A DNA stretch of 64,000 nt from the human T2T-CHM13v2.0 reference genome, Homo sapiens. A program made the position numbers and the translations under genes. The DNA lies in the NCBI RefSeq assembly GCF_009914755.1, contig NC_060939.1. One strand, 5' to 3'. The notes under the pieces are model-generated. The model saw nothing but the letters and a program-made list of their open reading frames with translations. It was not told where the DNA came from and did no database searches. This document shows positions 16,744-30,641 of this stretch, in pieces (position 1 is the first letter of the stretch; the number at the start of each line of letters is the position of its first letter).

Positions 16744-17144
16744 GTGGTTCAGCACCATGGTCTCTTTCTTGCAAACATCCTTATCCATCTTCCCCTCCAT
16801 CATGCCTGGGAGACAAAACACAAGTCTGGTTAAACCTAACCAACTGCTCTGTGTTTGCATCTGAGTAGCTAAATATAGCTGCAGTACATCTCACAATGGT
16901 GCTTAGGGGTCTGACTTTAATTTTATGACCCCAAATTTCAGGTGGGCACTAAACTCAGCCGATAAGTGCTATCACTTTTCTGTAGCAAAATCACTTTCTT
17001 ATCCCTTGAGACGGCTATTTTAAACTTTCTCCTCTTTCTTCATACCTCCAGCACCCTTGTCTCCCCTTACTTTCAGCTGATGATCTCTCTTCATACTCGC
17101 TGAAAAAAATAAATGAAATCAGATGAGTGCCACCTCATTTTTTG

Positions 17145-17662
17145 TGTCAGAGTCTGCTAGTATCCCCAGTATTCCTCTCCCTCTTTCTTTGTAATAACAC
17201 CTTTGATCTTTTTAGCTAGAAATATGGCTGTCTCATGTAAAGACCATATTTTCCAGCTTCCTTTGCAGTTGATTATAGCTATATGGCCAAGTACTGGCTA
17301 ATGAAATGTAAGGGGGAGTATTATGAGTAGCTTTCAGGAAATGTTCTAAAAACATAGAACTGGCTTGTGCCCTTTGATCGTTTTCTTCTCCCTCCTCTCT
17401 TTTGCTATGTGGGATGAGTCTATGATGCTGGAACTCTATCTAGCAGCCATCTTAGACCAGGAAGGGTAGGTCCACATATTGGGATAGAAGAGTACTGAGC
17501 TAGGAGGCGTCTGCTCCTTAAGAATTTTATGACTTCCAAATCAACCCTGAACAACCTACCTCTGGACTTCAGGTACATGAGAGGACTAAATTCTGTCTTA
17601 TTTAAACAATATTCTTCTAGTTTTTGGTCACATATAGACAAATGAATCCTAACTAAATGCAT
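17145..17662 (+). mobile_element. Old MLT1 (H-K group) LTR
   Basis: ccagcttcctttgcagtt..ggccaagtactggctaatgaaatgtaag...atcctaactaaatgca. Confidence 0.65.
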
Positions 17663-17679
17663 CAGTCTTTCTAGGTCAA

Positions 17680-18620
17680 GATGTATATTCTGTGCCTTCT
17701 CTCTAATCATAATGGAAGTGTCCCTTTCCTATTAAGGCCAGCCTCTTATTAAGGCCTTAGTTTCTACAGTTATTTCCTCTCATGAATCGTCAGTTTCTCA
17801 CTCCTCAGTCATTTAGAGATCTTTGCATAACTAGCTCAGTTTCATCACTCTGGTCTTAGTCTAATTGTTGTCTCCTCAGAGAGGCTGTTCTTGACCACCA
17901 TATCTAAGGTAGTTTCCTCTTATTCTCTATCCCATTATCCTAGTGTATTTTATTTAGAGCATTTAGGGCAATCTGAAATTAATTTTATATCTGTTTATGT
18001 GCTTATTGTCTGATTCCTCACATACCTTCAAGAAAGTAAGATCCACATGGGCAGGGACTTCGTCTGTCCTGTTTCTAAAACCTACTAGGCTCTCAAGAAA
18101 TGTTTGAATGAATGAATGAATTCTGTTAAAGAAAGAGAGATAGAGGTTGGAGGAGACCTCCCAGAGTAATTTGGGCCTGACTGAAGTTCAAGTTTGAATA
18201 AAAGTGTGACCAGAAGACACTGAAGAGGGAAGAGGAAGACATTCGCAGAAGAGGGAACAGCATGCTCACTTGCAGAGGTGGAGAGAGCGTGTTGTATGTG
18301 GTCATTGGTCATTCAGCATGAAAAGTCCACAGAGCTGTTAGGAAGGAATGGCAGGAGGCGGAGCTGGAAGGAATGGGTCAGATTACGCCACCCTAAGGGA
18401 AACTGGTGGAGGATTTTAAAGGTGAGAGACGTATTGGATTCAGTGATTAGAGGCAGGCCATCATGCAGAAGATGGATTGGAAGCAAAGAGACCCATCTGA
18501 GGGACCATTAAGGAGGTCTGTGTAATAATCAGTGAAGCATGGACCAAGCAGTGCCTGTGGGGACTAGAGAGGGTAAAGAATCTGATAGGATGATAGGAAG
18601 TTGAATCAAGAGTCCATCAC
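17680..18620. mobile_element. L2 fragments in both orientations, followed by MIR (~18640-18880)
   Basis: L2 3' end tgtttgaatgaatgaatgaa at 18101-18120. MIR core tgtgtgaccttgagaagtcacttaacc. Confidence 0.65.
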
Positions 18621-19928
18621 CTAACATTTCTTTATAATGTGGCAGTATGTTGTGATGAAATGAGGCTTTGGATTCAGAGATGTAAATCAAATCCTGTCTC
18701 CTCAATTCCAGATTGTGTGACCTTGAGAAGTCACTTAACCAATTATCCTCACTGGCAAAGTAGTGACAATATCATATACTTCCTCTTGTTATTTTTAGGA
18801 CTCAAATCAGTTGACTGTGACCACACTCACCTGTTCTGGTGCTTGGCACAAAATGGGACCTGAATAAATGTTAGCTCTCTCCCCTAACCCTTCTCTTATT
18901 CTCCAATTCAACTCCTGTAGGAATGAGAAAACGGATTGGCCACATCTGAATAGAAGTAGGTAAGCCTTTAGGTTTTGTGAACCTGAGGCAGTTAGGCAGC
19001 AGCTGGGCTGTTTAGAAGCAGCATGGAGTTAAGTGATGCTGTGATTGTGGAGGGCTTCTACTTTGTTGATCCTTCTAGCCCTAACAGGGAGATAAGAGGG
19101 GAGGTAATAGAGCATAGAATGTTAGAGCTGAATTAATAATAAAATAATGAACAATTACATTTTAATTACCTCTTAATTTTAGTTGACATTTTATTAAGAA
19201 AATGTATTTTTGAATAGACGCAAAAATCCATATAGCCATCTCCCAGCTTTAGCAGTTAACATAATTTTTCCATTCTAATTTCATCTATTCCCTCTACTAT
19301 TTTTGGCAAAGTCTTTGAAAGCAAATCCCAGACATCATATCATTTCACTTTATCGTATATTATTTGGTAAAGATTTTTTAAAATAACCATTATCACCTGT
19401 AACTAGTGAGAATAGACCCCAGTAGCATTTTCTGTTATATAATCTCAAATCTCTTCTGATTCAATGGTTCAGCACCATAGTCTTTCTCTTGCAAACATCC
19501 TTGTCCATCTTTCCCTCCATCATGCCGAAAACTTAACAACAATTCACTAATATTGTATAATTCCCAGTCCATGCGCAATTTTCCCCAATTGTCTTTAAAT
19601 TGTCATTCTACTATTGTTTGCATGAAACAGGATGCAAACAAGGTCCACACATTATAATTGTATTTCATTTTACCTAAACAGTTTCCCTCGTTTAAAAAAT
19701 GTCATTTAAAGATTTCTTGAGTAATACCCTACAAGCACAGGCAAACAAAGCAAAAATGGACAAATGGGATCACATCAAGTTAAAAAGCTTCTGCACAGCA
19801 AAAAGAAACCATCAACAAAGAGACAACCCACAGAATGGGAGAAAATATTTGCAAACTACCCATCTGACAAGGGATTAATAACCAGAATATATTAGGAGCT
19901 CAAGCTACTCTAGGAAAAAAAAATTCTA

Positions 19929-20252
<324 letters not shown>

Positions 20253-20381
20253 GATCTGAATTGGCATTTCTCAAAATAAGACATACAAATGACAAACAGG
20301 TGGCTTAACATCACTGATCATCAGAGAAAGGCAAATCAAAACTACAATGAGATATCATCTGACCCACTAAAATGACTTTTA

Positions 20382-20875
<494 letters not shown>

Positions 20876-23288
20876 TCAAAGAGGTAGCTGCACTCCCATG
20901 TTTATTGTAGCACTATTCCCAATAGCCAAGATTTAGAAGCAACCTAAGTGTCCATCAACAGATGAATAAAGAAAATGTGGCACTTACACACAATGGAATA
21001 TATTCAGCCAAAAAAAAAAAAAAACAATGAGATCCTGTCATTTGCAACAACATGGATAGAACTGGAGATCATTATGTTAAGTGAAATAAGCCAGGCATAG
21101 AAGGGCAGGATTCACATGTTCTCACTTATTTGTGGAAGCTAAAAATTAAAACAATTGAATTCACTGAGATAGAGAGTAGAAGGATGGTTACCAGAGGCTG
21201 GGAAGGGTAGTGCGGGGCTTGGGGAGAAGGGGGGATAGTTAATGAGCACAAAAATATAGTTAAATAGAATGAATAAGATCTAGTATATCACAACAAGGTG
21301 ACGCTGGCTGGTCACTCTGTTATACTCAACAATAATTTATTGTACATTTAAAAATAAAAGTGTATAACTGGATTGTTTGTAATACAAAGAAAGGATAAAT
21401 GCTTGAGGTGATGGATATCCCATTTCCCCTGATGTGATGTAATTATTACTCATTATATGCTTGTATGAAAATAGCTCATATACCTCATAAATATATATAC
21501 CTACTAGGTATCCACAAAAATTAAAAATAAAAAAATTTTAATGTCAATTATTTGTTGAAGAAACCAGGTCATTTGTCATATAGGTTCTTCCCACAGTCTG
21601 GATTTATCTGATTGCAATCCCATGGTGCCATTTTACATGTTCCTGTCTCCCTAGTAGCTCTTCTAAACTGTTAGTTTTATCTGGAAGCTTGATTGTATTC
21701 AGATTCTGTCTTTTTGGCAGGACTACTTCATATTTTACAATGGTGCTGTACCCAGTGCCTGTGTATTTTCTTTTATAGCATATCAAGACGCAATTTCTTT
21801 TTTTGTCTTTTAATAATATTAAGACTGATAAATGACTCCAAGGATTTTCAGCTGAATTTGTCTTTTATAAAATTCTCTACAACCTTTCACTTAATGATAT
21901 TAGCAACCATTGATGTTTACTTTAATACGTTATTTCATTAGGAATTACAAAGTAGTGATTTTTATATTTCTATCATTCCTTTGCATTTTTTTAGCCTCTA
22001 TGAGGAAGTTTTCCTTAGCAACTCTTTGGTGACTCTGAAAACCAGTTTTAATTACTTACTTTTGCTTAATTCTTTTATTTATCAATTTTTAGGTTAATTT
22101 ATCAATTTTATCAACTAGGTTTTTGAGGGGAAGGGAGTATTATTAAGAACTCATGGATTTTTATATGTTTGAAGTGTTTCAATCCACAGTAATCATTATT
22201 TTGGGGCCAGTGGGAGCCTCTTTCACATTGGCTCCAGAATAGTACTTTATAATTTACAAGATACTTACCATACATTAGTCATTTGAACTTCACAAACAAC
22301 CCTATGAAGCTAAGGGTTACTACCCAGTTTTACAAATGAGAAATCTAGATCATACAGCTCAAATCAGGACTTGACGTCTATTGTTCTTCATATTACCTAA
22401 GACAGTGGTTGAGAGAATGAGTGTTAAAAGTGACTAAATTCTTTGTATTTTTCTTTTCTCTGCATTTGAGACTAAACAGCAGCTGTCTTTAACCAGTGGG
22501 AATATGATATTAAGCAATATCCACTTTAGAAGACACTACTTGCAGGAAACACTGTCGATAATACTGTAACTTAGTAAATAGCCTCTCTCAACTTTGTTTG
22601 TGAAGCATTTCAATTTTGATTACTCTGTGTGGGATCTACTGCTCAGATGTGTGTCATTTTATGGTCTACCCATGTCTGGGGAGCTGGCATTACACGCTGC
22701 CTAGTGTTTTTAATTCAGAAGTTGTTCTAAAAGAAACCTTAGCCTCCTATATTCCAACCCTAGTTTTAATAGCATAAGCTATTTCCTTCTTATATAGCTT
22801 TGTGGGCATAGTAATGAAATAAATACCACAGAATCACTGATGAGATGAAAATTGAGCTCCCTGCTTCTGTGCAGCCATGTAGGTAAAACAGTAATTGGCT
22901 CTGATAATAACTTTTGTTCTTACAAACCAGAGTCTAAATGAGAGTCACATTTGATATATCTGCTTGTAATTACCATCAAAAGGAAAGAATACAAAGTTTA
23001 GATTGTCTAGTGACTCAAGATGGATTACATAAATTGGTATCTTTTCTTGACCAATTTACTAAAAATTTCTGAAATTATTTCTGATATTTATCTTACTGTT
23101 GGTAAAAAATGATCATCTTCCAGAGCATACTTTCCTGCTTAATGGAATGATTAATTTTATTTTTGTTTTTGAAGTCTGTAATTGATTTTCTTGAAAACCT
23201 TATTATTGAGTCTCATAATACAGCTATGCTTATAAGTATTTTCCCATACATCACTATAGATGGTTCGTAAGACAAATTTAGGTTTTGA

Positions 23289-23646
<358 letters not shown>

Positions 23647-24506
23647 TGAATATTCTTTAAACATAGATTCCTTTTAAGTGTTTTTGAAAAGAGCAATTAA
23701 ATCATGTGTGCTACATATTACTATTTTGGTATACACATGCATTGGGACCAAAATAGTAAATATGAGAATATTAATATTTTAAAATTATCTTTTAACCTCA
23801 AATGATTGCTTTCGAACCCAACAATAAAGAATTGATAGTACACCTATCATTTCTGTTGGATTTCTATTTACATACTGATTTCTTTTCAGAAATAACTATG
23901 TGTAGTGCTACAGAATTTAACAATAGGCAGAACACTACAGGATTTTAAGGCCAGTTTTAACAGTGATTCTGTATTTGGCCATTTCCTCCCTACACCAGAC
24001 CTATAACCACACAAACTTGATGGAGCATGATAAAACTAAGAAAACTGCTATGAGCCAATAATCCCATAATTAAAATGTTCTAACAAAGCTTAGACGTGAT
24101 AGATGAAGCTATTACCATCAATTCTGTATCCAGAATACACACATTTTAAAAACACCCTAATTACAGAAACCCACATCCAGTCAATACAATACATATTAGC
24201 AATTTCCCAATCCTTGGTAGAATAGAAATTATTCTGAAAGTTTAAGAAGGAAAAAATTATGTTCAGGTATTAATTTCAATAGAAGAGGCAATCTGCTTCC
24301 ATGCAAAAACCCTGGAGTAGTGCTGTGAGTGTTACCCACAGAAGAAAAGCCATTTATAATTAGGTACGACATTACTTTTGTGACCACGTGTACCTCAAGG
24401 AGAAGGAAATAGACATGCCTTGTTTGCATCCTGTATCCTTGCCCAGATTAAATAAAGTGGACAGTTGAGGGCAGTTATTTGGAGATTTGGTTTAAGAAAT
24501 GCTATT

Positions 24507-24816
24507 GGTCGACTACAGTGGCTCATGCCTGTAATCCCAGCACTTTGGGAGGCTAAGGCAGGTGGATCACGAGGTCAGGAGTTCGAGACCAGCCTGACCA
24601 ACATGGTGAAACCCTGTCTCTACTAAAAATACAAAAATTAGCCGGGTGTGGTAGTGCACACCTGTAATCCCAGCTACTCAGGAGGCTGAGGCAGGAGAAT
24701 CACTTGAACCTGGGAGGCGGAGGTTTCAGTGAACCGAGATTGTGTCACTGCACTCCAGCCTGGGTGACAGAGCGAGACTCCGTCTCAAAACAACAACAAC
24801 AACAACAACAAAAAAC
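24507..24816 (+). mobile_element. AluS (Sg/Sc-like), (CAA)n tail
   Basis: ggatcacgaggtcaggagttcgag. TSD core ATGCTATT on both sides. Confidence 0.92.
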
Positions 24817-25124
24817 CATGCTATTAAAAAGTAAAAGGAAGATTTGGGATATCTGTTAAAGACCTTACCTAAACGTATCTATGCTTATCTAGCATACATT
24901 CTGTAGATATTTTTGTAGCCTTCTTCACTTTGACCTTAGGCACAGACCCTTTATAAATGCTTATGTCAAAGAAATAGATGGATCATGAACAAATCTGTCC
25001 AATTCCTACAACATTTTAACAACTGCATCAGATCACCCTCAAAACTAAGACACTTAATTGAAAGGAAAACAGTTAGGTTGCTCACAATACTTCTAACCTC
25101 CTTTTTAAAAAGTTGCGAAGCCTA

Positions 25125-25385
25125 CATATTTTGACTCCATTTTTATGAAATGTCCAGAATAGATACATCAGGAGAGACAGAAAGTAGATTACTGGTTGCC
25201 TGGAACTAGTGGGAAGAGGGAATGGGGAGCAATTGCTAATGGGTATGAGGTCTCATTTTCGGGGGATGCACATGTTCTGGAATTAGATAGTGGTGATGGT
25301 TGTGAATATACTGAAAACCACTGAATTGTACACTTTAAAGGGGTGAATTTTATGGTATATGCATTATATTACAATTTTTAAAATC
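25125..25385 (+). mobile_element. L1MB/ME 3' end, then MIR (~25450-25640, -)
   Basis: tgaaatgtccagaatag...gagacagaaagtagatt...ccactgaattgtacactttaa. Confidence 0.78.
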
Positions 25386-26268
25386 ACAAAAGACTAGAAA
25401 TTATTAGTAATACCATATTCCCTACGTGCCAAATTATTTTTTAGCCTCAAATCATAGAATCCCAAAGCTTGGGCATGGTTCCTCAAGAGACCATTAAGTC
25501 TAACATGCATTTTGTGAATAGAGAAACTGACTTCCATAGAGGTGAAGTGACTTACCCAAGGTCACACACAGCAGTCGAGAGGAGAGCTGGCACCTAGGTG
25601 TCCTGACAACTATCTAGTGCCCCTTGCCACCACCACTATGTGGCCCACTCTCATGGTTTATCAAGCATGTCAACAATAACTAATTTGAATTATTTAAAAT
25701 GAGGAATAAGTGGTTCAGACAAGAGGCTTTTATTTTTTTCTAATGAAAGCATAAATTATTCTTACAGATAAGAGAATCTCTGTGAAGGAGTAGATAAATT
25801 TGTTGTAGTAAATTTACCAGGCCCAAACTGAGATTTACCTGTAAATGTCCCTAGAGGAAAGTGGCCACATTAACAGACCAAGGGAGCCCTCTACCTGTGT
25901 ATTTGTAGTATAGATTTCATTGACAAAATCCTTGACCTGGAAAGCTAAAAAGAAATTAAGACCAGGTATTCTATCTAGTCCTTTGCCCACCTTGGTTGGC
26001 TTCCAGCATTATTTTTAAGAAAATGTGTCTGAGGATGTATTTGTGGGAGCAATGGGATACACGGAGGAAAATCTACACAAAGTTCCTTTTCTGTGAATAA
26101 AAGGGACTGATTAGCAGCCTAAATAAAAGATCCAAATATATTTTTTTCCAGTGAGAATTTCATTAAAATAATTATTTCCAAAGAACTTTAAACTCCTTTG
26201 AGGATATAAAATGTTAGTAAGCATTTTTGTTCATCCAGCATGAAAGTTTCATTGTTTCTTTGTTTCAG

Positions 26269-26385
26269 CGAAAGATAGGGTTGAATGTAAAAATCTTGCA
26301 GGATCCTGAAAACATCCACCACAGAGCTGCTGTAAATGCGAACTATGGAATCAGTTTGCCATATATTAATCAGAGAAAAGCATGT
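26269..26385 (+). CDS. IQCH: IQCH alternative exon, 117 nt, phase 0/0: RKIGLNVKILQDPENIHHRAAVNANYGISLPYINQRKAC
   Basis: Strong acceptor ttgtttctttgtttcag|CGA and donor TGT|gtaagt. 39 codons without a stop, in frame with the upstream exon, in repeat-free DNA. Confidence 0.85.
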
Positions 26386-28758
26386 GTAAGTAATGAGTTG
26401 TTTTAAGGAGCTCTTATTTTTTTAAGAAATAAAAGTCATTTATTAGTAGTGTAAGATGTAATGTAGATGTTAAGTAAAGATTGTGATCCTTTTGTCTTTG
26501 GAATTTTTTGGAGATGAAATGGCTCTCATTCTGTTTATAATTAGCAATGATTAAGAAAATGTAAGCCTGTTTTTGAAGACTTATTTGTAGCTCATTCAGA
26601 TTTCTCTATTTTATTTGATATTCCTAAATAATCTAGTACCATAATTTTAACGAGGAAATAATTTACCAGCAAAAAGAATTAATAGAGAAATTTTAAATAT
26701 TGTATTTCTTTGATAGTAGGCTTACCACTAGAAAAATCCAAATAAAACAACAGCACAGAATCCTCTTCCATTGTGTATACTGTCATAATATGCAAATATT
26801 TGAGAATATTATTCTAAATCTGAGGCAAGCAGGGACTAAGCCTTTATGTCAGCAAAATAGTGAGAGGGAAAAATAGTCAAATGTAGATCTGCAGTAAGAG
26901 ATCTCAGAGTCAATGCCATTTTTGCCATTGACTAGATGCTACCTTGTCCTAAAGCAAGGATTGTACTCTATGTTGTGGAGTTTTCTTAGGAGAATTAAGA
27001 GTAGTGCTTCATTTTAGCTGGGAAATTATTTAATTTGAGATCATTTCTAACACTGAAAACAATTACTGAGGTAACATCTCTATTTTTTTAAATACATTTT
27101 TAACCTTTGGCTTCTTTCAAAAGCTCTTAAATGTATGCCTTGGTGAAATCAAAACTAAAAACAAGATTAATGTTAGGATTAAATTGCAAAGCCATTTCTA
27201 ACTAGCATAATAGTCTCTTAGGTTAATCTTCCAAATTTCCTACACAGACATTTTCAACTGCCTACTTCATTCGTGTAACCCTGAAATATATTTTCAGTTT
27301 CTTTATATGTGCTTTATGTTATTCTAACAGGTTTGGTTTAAGAGCACTTTATCTTACAAATACTTCTATAGCCTAAGAAATAACCAGAAAGTTAGATATT
27401 TTTATTCCTGCTGAAACTTTATTTAAAATGTCACTGTGAATAATGTGAAAGGGTTTTTATCTGCTTCCCATGAGCCCAAAGCCCCTGAAATACAAATATT
27501 ATTTCTCTGGCAACACAGACAGAAGCAGATTTCTCTTTTGTTGTTGGTTTTCCTCTTCCATCTAGAATTAATATTGGCTTAGCTGGAGGAGTACTGAGGC
27601 TTTGTAGCCCAAGGCAACTGCTGTGTTTCATGTGAACTTTTTCTGATGAGTACTGGAGTTTTAAAAGGCATACCTCTAGATTTAAAAAGGATTATGCTTT
27701 GCTTTATGAATCTGAATGAAGATTCAGACTTAAGCAAATAGAGATTTCAAAATTATATCCAAAACTTGGGGCAGATTCTTAGTCATTAATTGTGTATTTT
27801 TCCAATTTCCAAATAGAATGAGTGCCTTGGATGTTGTATCTACATACTTTGAGCAAAGAGAATTTGGGAAAGCACTTCCCTTTTATGACATATAGCTAAT
27901 AGATATTCATTTACTGTATTAAATCTCCTTTTTCCATCAAACTTGATGCCATAAAAATCTACACCAGAGCAATTTAAAATTGGATATACATTGTGTATAT
28001 TTTTTTCAAACTGTTGGCCTTTTGATCAAATAGTTAGTTGACCCTATCATTTTATGTTGATATAGTTGTATGGTAATACTAACTGAAAAACAGTATTTTC
28101 ATTTTGGATTTATAAAACAGAAGCATTGTGCAAAAAGTACTGTGAGAGAAGTGTGTTCAGGTATTTGGTTTTAAACAGTCATATAAAGCATTTGGGGATA
28201 AATGCAGTTGTGATTTACCACTTATAAAAATCGTTTCAAAAGCACTTACCCAAACTAGAGTAATGTGTCTAGCATTGGGATGTATAGTTAATTAGAAAGG
28301 CATCATCAAAGCTAATCATTTTAGAACTAAACACTCAAACGGGATTATTATTTGGCTGCCGAGGGCCATGTGTTTCGTTACTTCTTATGAAACTTGATCA
28401 GCTTGTCAAAAGCTTGTAAATAACCTTAGACATTTTTGACAGAGCAAATGTGAATATGTAGCCAATTTCCATTATTTGTTCCTAGAAGCTGGTATCTTCT
28501 CCATCTTATGAAGTGGTGTATTCCTCCTGATAATAAGAGGCTGATGCCAGGATTTTAGTGCATTGAAAACACATATACCCCCTGCCACACACACATACTC
28601 ATATTGCAAAACTATCTTCAGAATTTTATATCCTGTGACTCTGTTATGTAAAATCAATTTACCAAAAACATATTAAAAGTGAGACTCACTGGTGATTTTT
28701 TCAATATCTTCAATCTGCCAAATAGTAACAAACAACCTTCTAACATTTTTTCTAGTAG

Positions 28759-28836
28759 GTCCTCAAAGGTATGTGGAAACAAGAAGAAATCCCTGGTACT
28801 GTTCATGTTCCCTCACTGACATCCAGTTCCAGTTAG
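28759..28836 (+). CDS. IQCH: IQCH short-isoform terminal coding exon: VLKGMWKQEEIPGTVHVPSLTSSSS*
   Basis: Acceptor ttttttctagtag|GTC. In frame with the 117-nt exon, ends at TAG 28834-28836 and is followed by AATAAA at 28898. The peptide matches my recollection of a short IQCH isoform C-terminus. Confidence 0.75.
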   Translation, partial: VLKGMWKQEEIPGTVHVPSLTSSSS

Positions 28837-28897
28837 ACTTTATAATACAACACATTAAGAAATCTACAGAAAATTTGACTTTGATTTATTCCTTTTA

Positions 28898-28903
28898 AAT
28901 AAA
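28898..28903 (+). terminator. Candidate poly(A) signal of the short isoform (further AATAAA at 29127-29132)
   Basis: AATAAA about 60 nt after the stop codon, followed by GT/T-rich sequence. Confidence 0.45.
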
Positions 28904-30610
28904 AAGTGTTTCTTAAAAGGCTTGAAACATGTATCTGTTAACATGAATTTTAAAAGAACAATTATGAATGCATAACAAAATAGCCAAACCAAACATTGCT
29001 TTGAATTGCTGCACAAATAACTGATTATAACTGTTATGACCTAGAAAAAAATCATAAAAACATTTTTCTTTTTGGCAAGATGTGAGTTGCTGTAGAATTA
29101 TACCAGTTCTTTGGTTCTACTTTCCAAATAAATATATATATAATGCAATGTAAACTTAGAATCTTTTATTTATTCATGAGGTTGAATTTAATACTATTAT
29201 GATTTCTAGATTTTATGAGTCATATGTTATGCAGTGTTTTCCACTAACTTAGTTGGGTAGCAACCACACTTCACAAATCATAGTTTCATTCTTTACTGTT
29301 TCACTTGGGGTGTACATAGTAATCTCTCTCTCACTGAAAGCATATTCATTTCTGAAATGATAAAGTAATAGAAAGTGAGGCAATTGTGTTAATGTCAAAT
29401 GATTAGAAGAAGCACTAGAAGTAAGGGGTGGGGTGGGGGTGGGGGTAGGGAGTGGGAGTGGAGAAAGAAGGGCGATTTCAAAACATGATTGTGTTTTAAG
29501 CCCATGCATATGGCCACAATTACAGTCACAACATAATTTGGCAACGGTAGCAGAATTAGATTTAAACAAATTGATGTTACACTGCAGTAATTCAGAATGA
29601 GCTTGTTGCATTTATAAACCATAACAAGAAGCAGAGTGAATTAATAAACCTTTCTTGTCACTAAAAATAAAAAAAGGGAATAATTGCTGAGATGGAGTTA
29701 ACTTAACAGATGACTATAGTCAGCATCCTTTCAGGCTAGATATGGGAAAGTGAAGGTCACCCCCATCTCAGATGACAAAGAGGGAACATTTTGTTGGTAA
29801 ACAAATTAATCTTTTGAAAGGTCGCCATTTGTTTTAAGTTTTTATCCAGTTCTTGTCATCTGGAATCAGAGATTGACTGTCATTTCACCAGGTAGGGGTG
29901 CAGTTGAGGCAGACAAAGCTGCTTCTGTACGTATCAGCATTCCTTGACAAAACTCAGTGCCTGATTGTGATGCTATGGGCTGCTGGTTTACAGCTGTCTC
30001 CGGACAAGAATGGAGGCCCACCCTTGAATTCCAATAAGATGGGCCTGCATATTCCGCCTGCTGTAAGCTGGCCCTCTGCCCACAAGTAAAATGTATTGTA
30101 GTTCAAGCCAGCAATTATCTCTTTTACTTCCTTCTGTGCTGCTTCTGTTCTCTTTTTCCAAAAACAGATGTGGGTATTCACTCAAGTTCTGCATCTATTC
30201 TTTCTCACACCTGCTGGGGCAGAATTTTGACAGAGGTAGAGTTTGAGGGAGCCAGCAGACAACAATCAGATGCAATTTCTTTGAGAGCAGTTTAAAAAGA
30301 AAATGTTGATTTTTCAGGAAATGTGGAGTCAGCATCTTGGTCCCCCTCCCTTTTCCCAGGAGCATTTGGTAAATTAAATTAGTTGAACAAAAGGAAATAG
30401 CTTTAAAGACATTCTGAAATGCCATATCCTATTTATGACACAAAGTCATCACCCAAGGACTGTGGTGGCATGCACAACATCCCACTCCTATCATTTAAAG
30501 TGAGCTTTCTCTTCAGGTTGCTTAGAAAGAGTTTTTGACAAAGGAATGACTTTTCATGTCCTTCCTGATTCACAGCCTATAAAATATATTCCACTAATAT
30601 GGCAGTGAAG

Positions 30611-30641
30611 GTGGTGGTGGTGGTGGTGGAGGTGGTAGTGT
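30611..30641 (+). repeat. (GGT)n microsatellite
   Basis: gtggtggtggtggtggtggaggtggtagtg. Confidence 0.9.

Noticed and set aside
28692-28898. 68-aa ORF overlapping the terminal exon
   Set aside because: A different frame from the spliced IQCH frame, and it starts in intron sequence.
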